DNA from: a virus
Taxonomy: Duplodnaviria; Caudoviricetes
Length of the DNA: 35,601 nt
IMG/VR virus record: IMGVR_UViG_3300014656_000078
Location: 1-35,601 of that record
Reading direction: 5' to 3' (one strand)
The notes below the pieces were generated by a model that saw nothing but the letters and a program-made list of their open reading frames with translations, did not search any database and had not been told where the DNA came from. Position numbers and translations under genes: made by a program. This document shows positions 35,400 to 35,601 of this stretch, piece after piece. Each line of letters begins with the position of its first letter. Position 1 is the stretch's first letter.

Positions 35400-35592
35400 G
35401 GAATTTTAGAAACCGTCTTGAAGGAGCCCCGCGAGGCTGAAAAATTAGAAACCGTCTTGGAAAAGGTACGCGCGAGAGAAATTTTATGGACCGTCTCGAT
35501 CGACCCCAGTGCGAGGAATTTTAGAAACCGTAGTCGCGTGTACGGGAGGCTAAAAAATCGTCAACCGTAGCAGATTTTTTGAACCGTACCAG
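35400..35592 (+). repeat. Degenerate periodic direct repeats (core AATTTTAGAAACCGT)
   Basis: ACCGT cores at 35412, 35451, 35490, 35527, 35564 and 35583 (spacing 39, 39, 37, 37, 19), most preceded by G(C/G)GAG. Confidence 0.8.
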
Positions 35593-35601
35593 AAGGTCTC
35601 A

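Noticed and set aside
35400-35592. Possible CRISPR mini-array
   Set aside because: The period is only 37-39 bp, the repeats are degenerate and the variable parts are too short to be spacers. No cas operon is present.
1-35601. Alternative genetic code, tRNA genes, integrase or diversity-generating retroelement
   Set aside because: Long genes read through with the standard code. No cloverleaf, recombinase, reverse transcriptase or template/variable repeat pair was recognised by eye.

Overview
About 35.6 kb of a tailed dsDNA phage genome with siphovirus-type organisation. The host is probably Gram-negative, judged from an SLT endolysin followed by a lipoprotein. Left part (1-13025, +): late module with a 5'-truncated GT2 glycosyltransferase, tail tube, frameshifted tail-assembly chaperone pair, 1715-aa tape measure, tail tip and fibre genes and lysis genes. 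13022-14924 (-): short operon with small ORFs, an M15A peptidase and a SLOG/DprA-like gene. 15095-32202 (+): replication region with a DUF2800-like nuclease, SSB, family A DNA polymerase carrying a 135-aa mini-intein, DNA methyltransferase, SF2 helicase, DUF550-like pyrophosphohydrolase, VRR-NUC nuclease, NrS-1-like primase-helicase and many tiny Cys-rich ORFs. 32184-34803 (-): probable early operon behind a near-consensus sigma70 promoter, headed by a tandem RHH-like protein. The right end is non-coding, with an AT-rich tract and ~38-bp periodic repeats. The most striking non-gene signal is a conserved 37-bp four-tetramer box (ATNN-N7-CTAT-N7-ATNN-N7-CAAT, OxyR/LysR-like geometry) abutting a TGGAC(A/T) -35 element at three intergenic sites. 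No integrase, capsid, terminase, tRNA or CRISPR array was recognised. All family calls come from reading motifs by eye, not from database searches.
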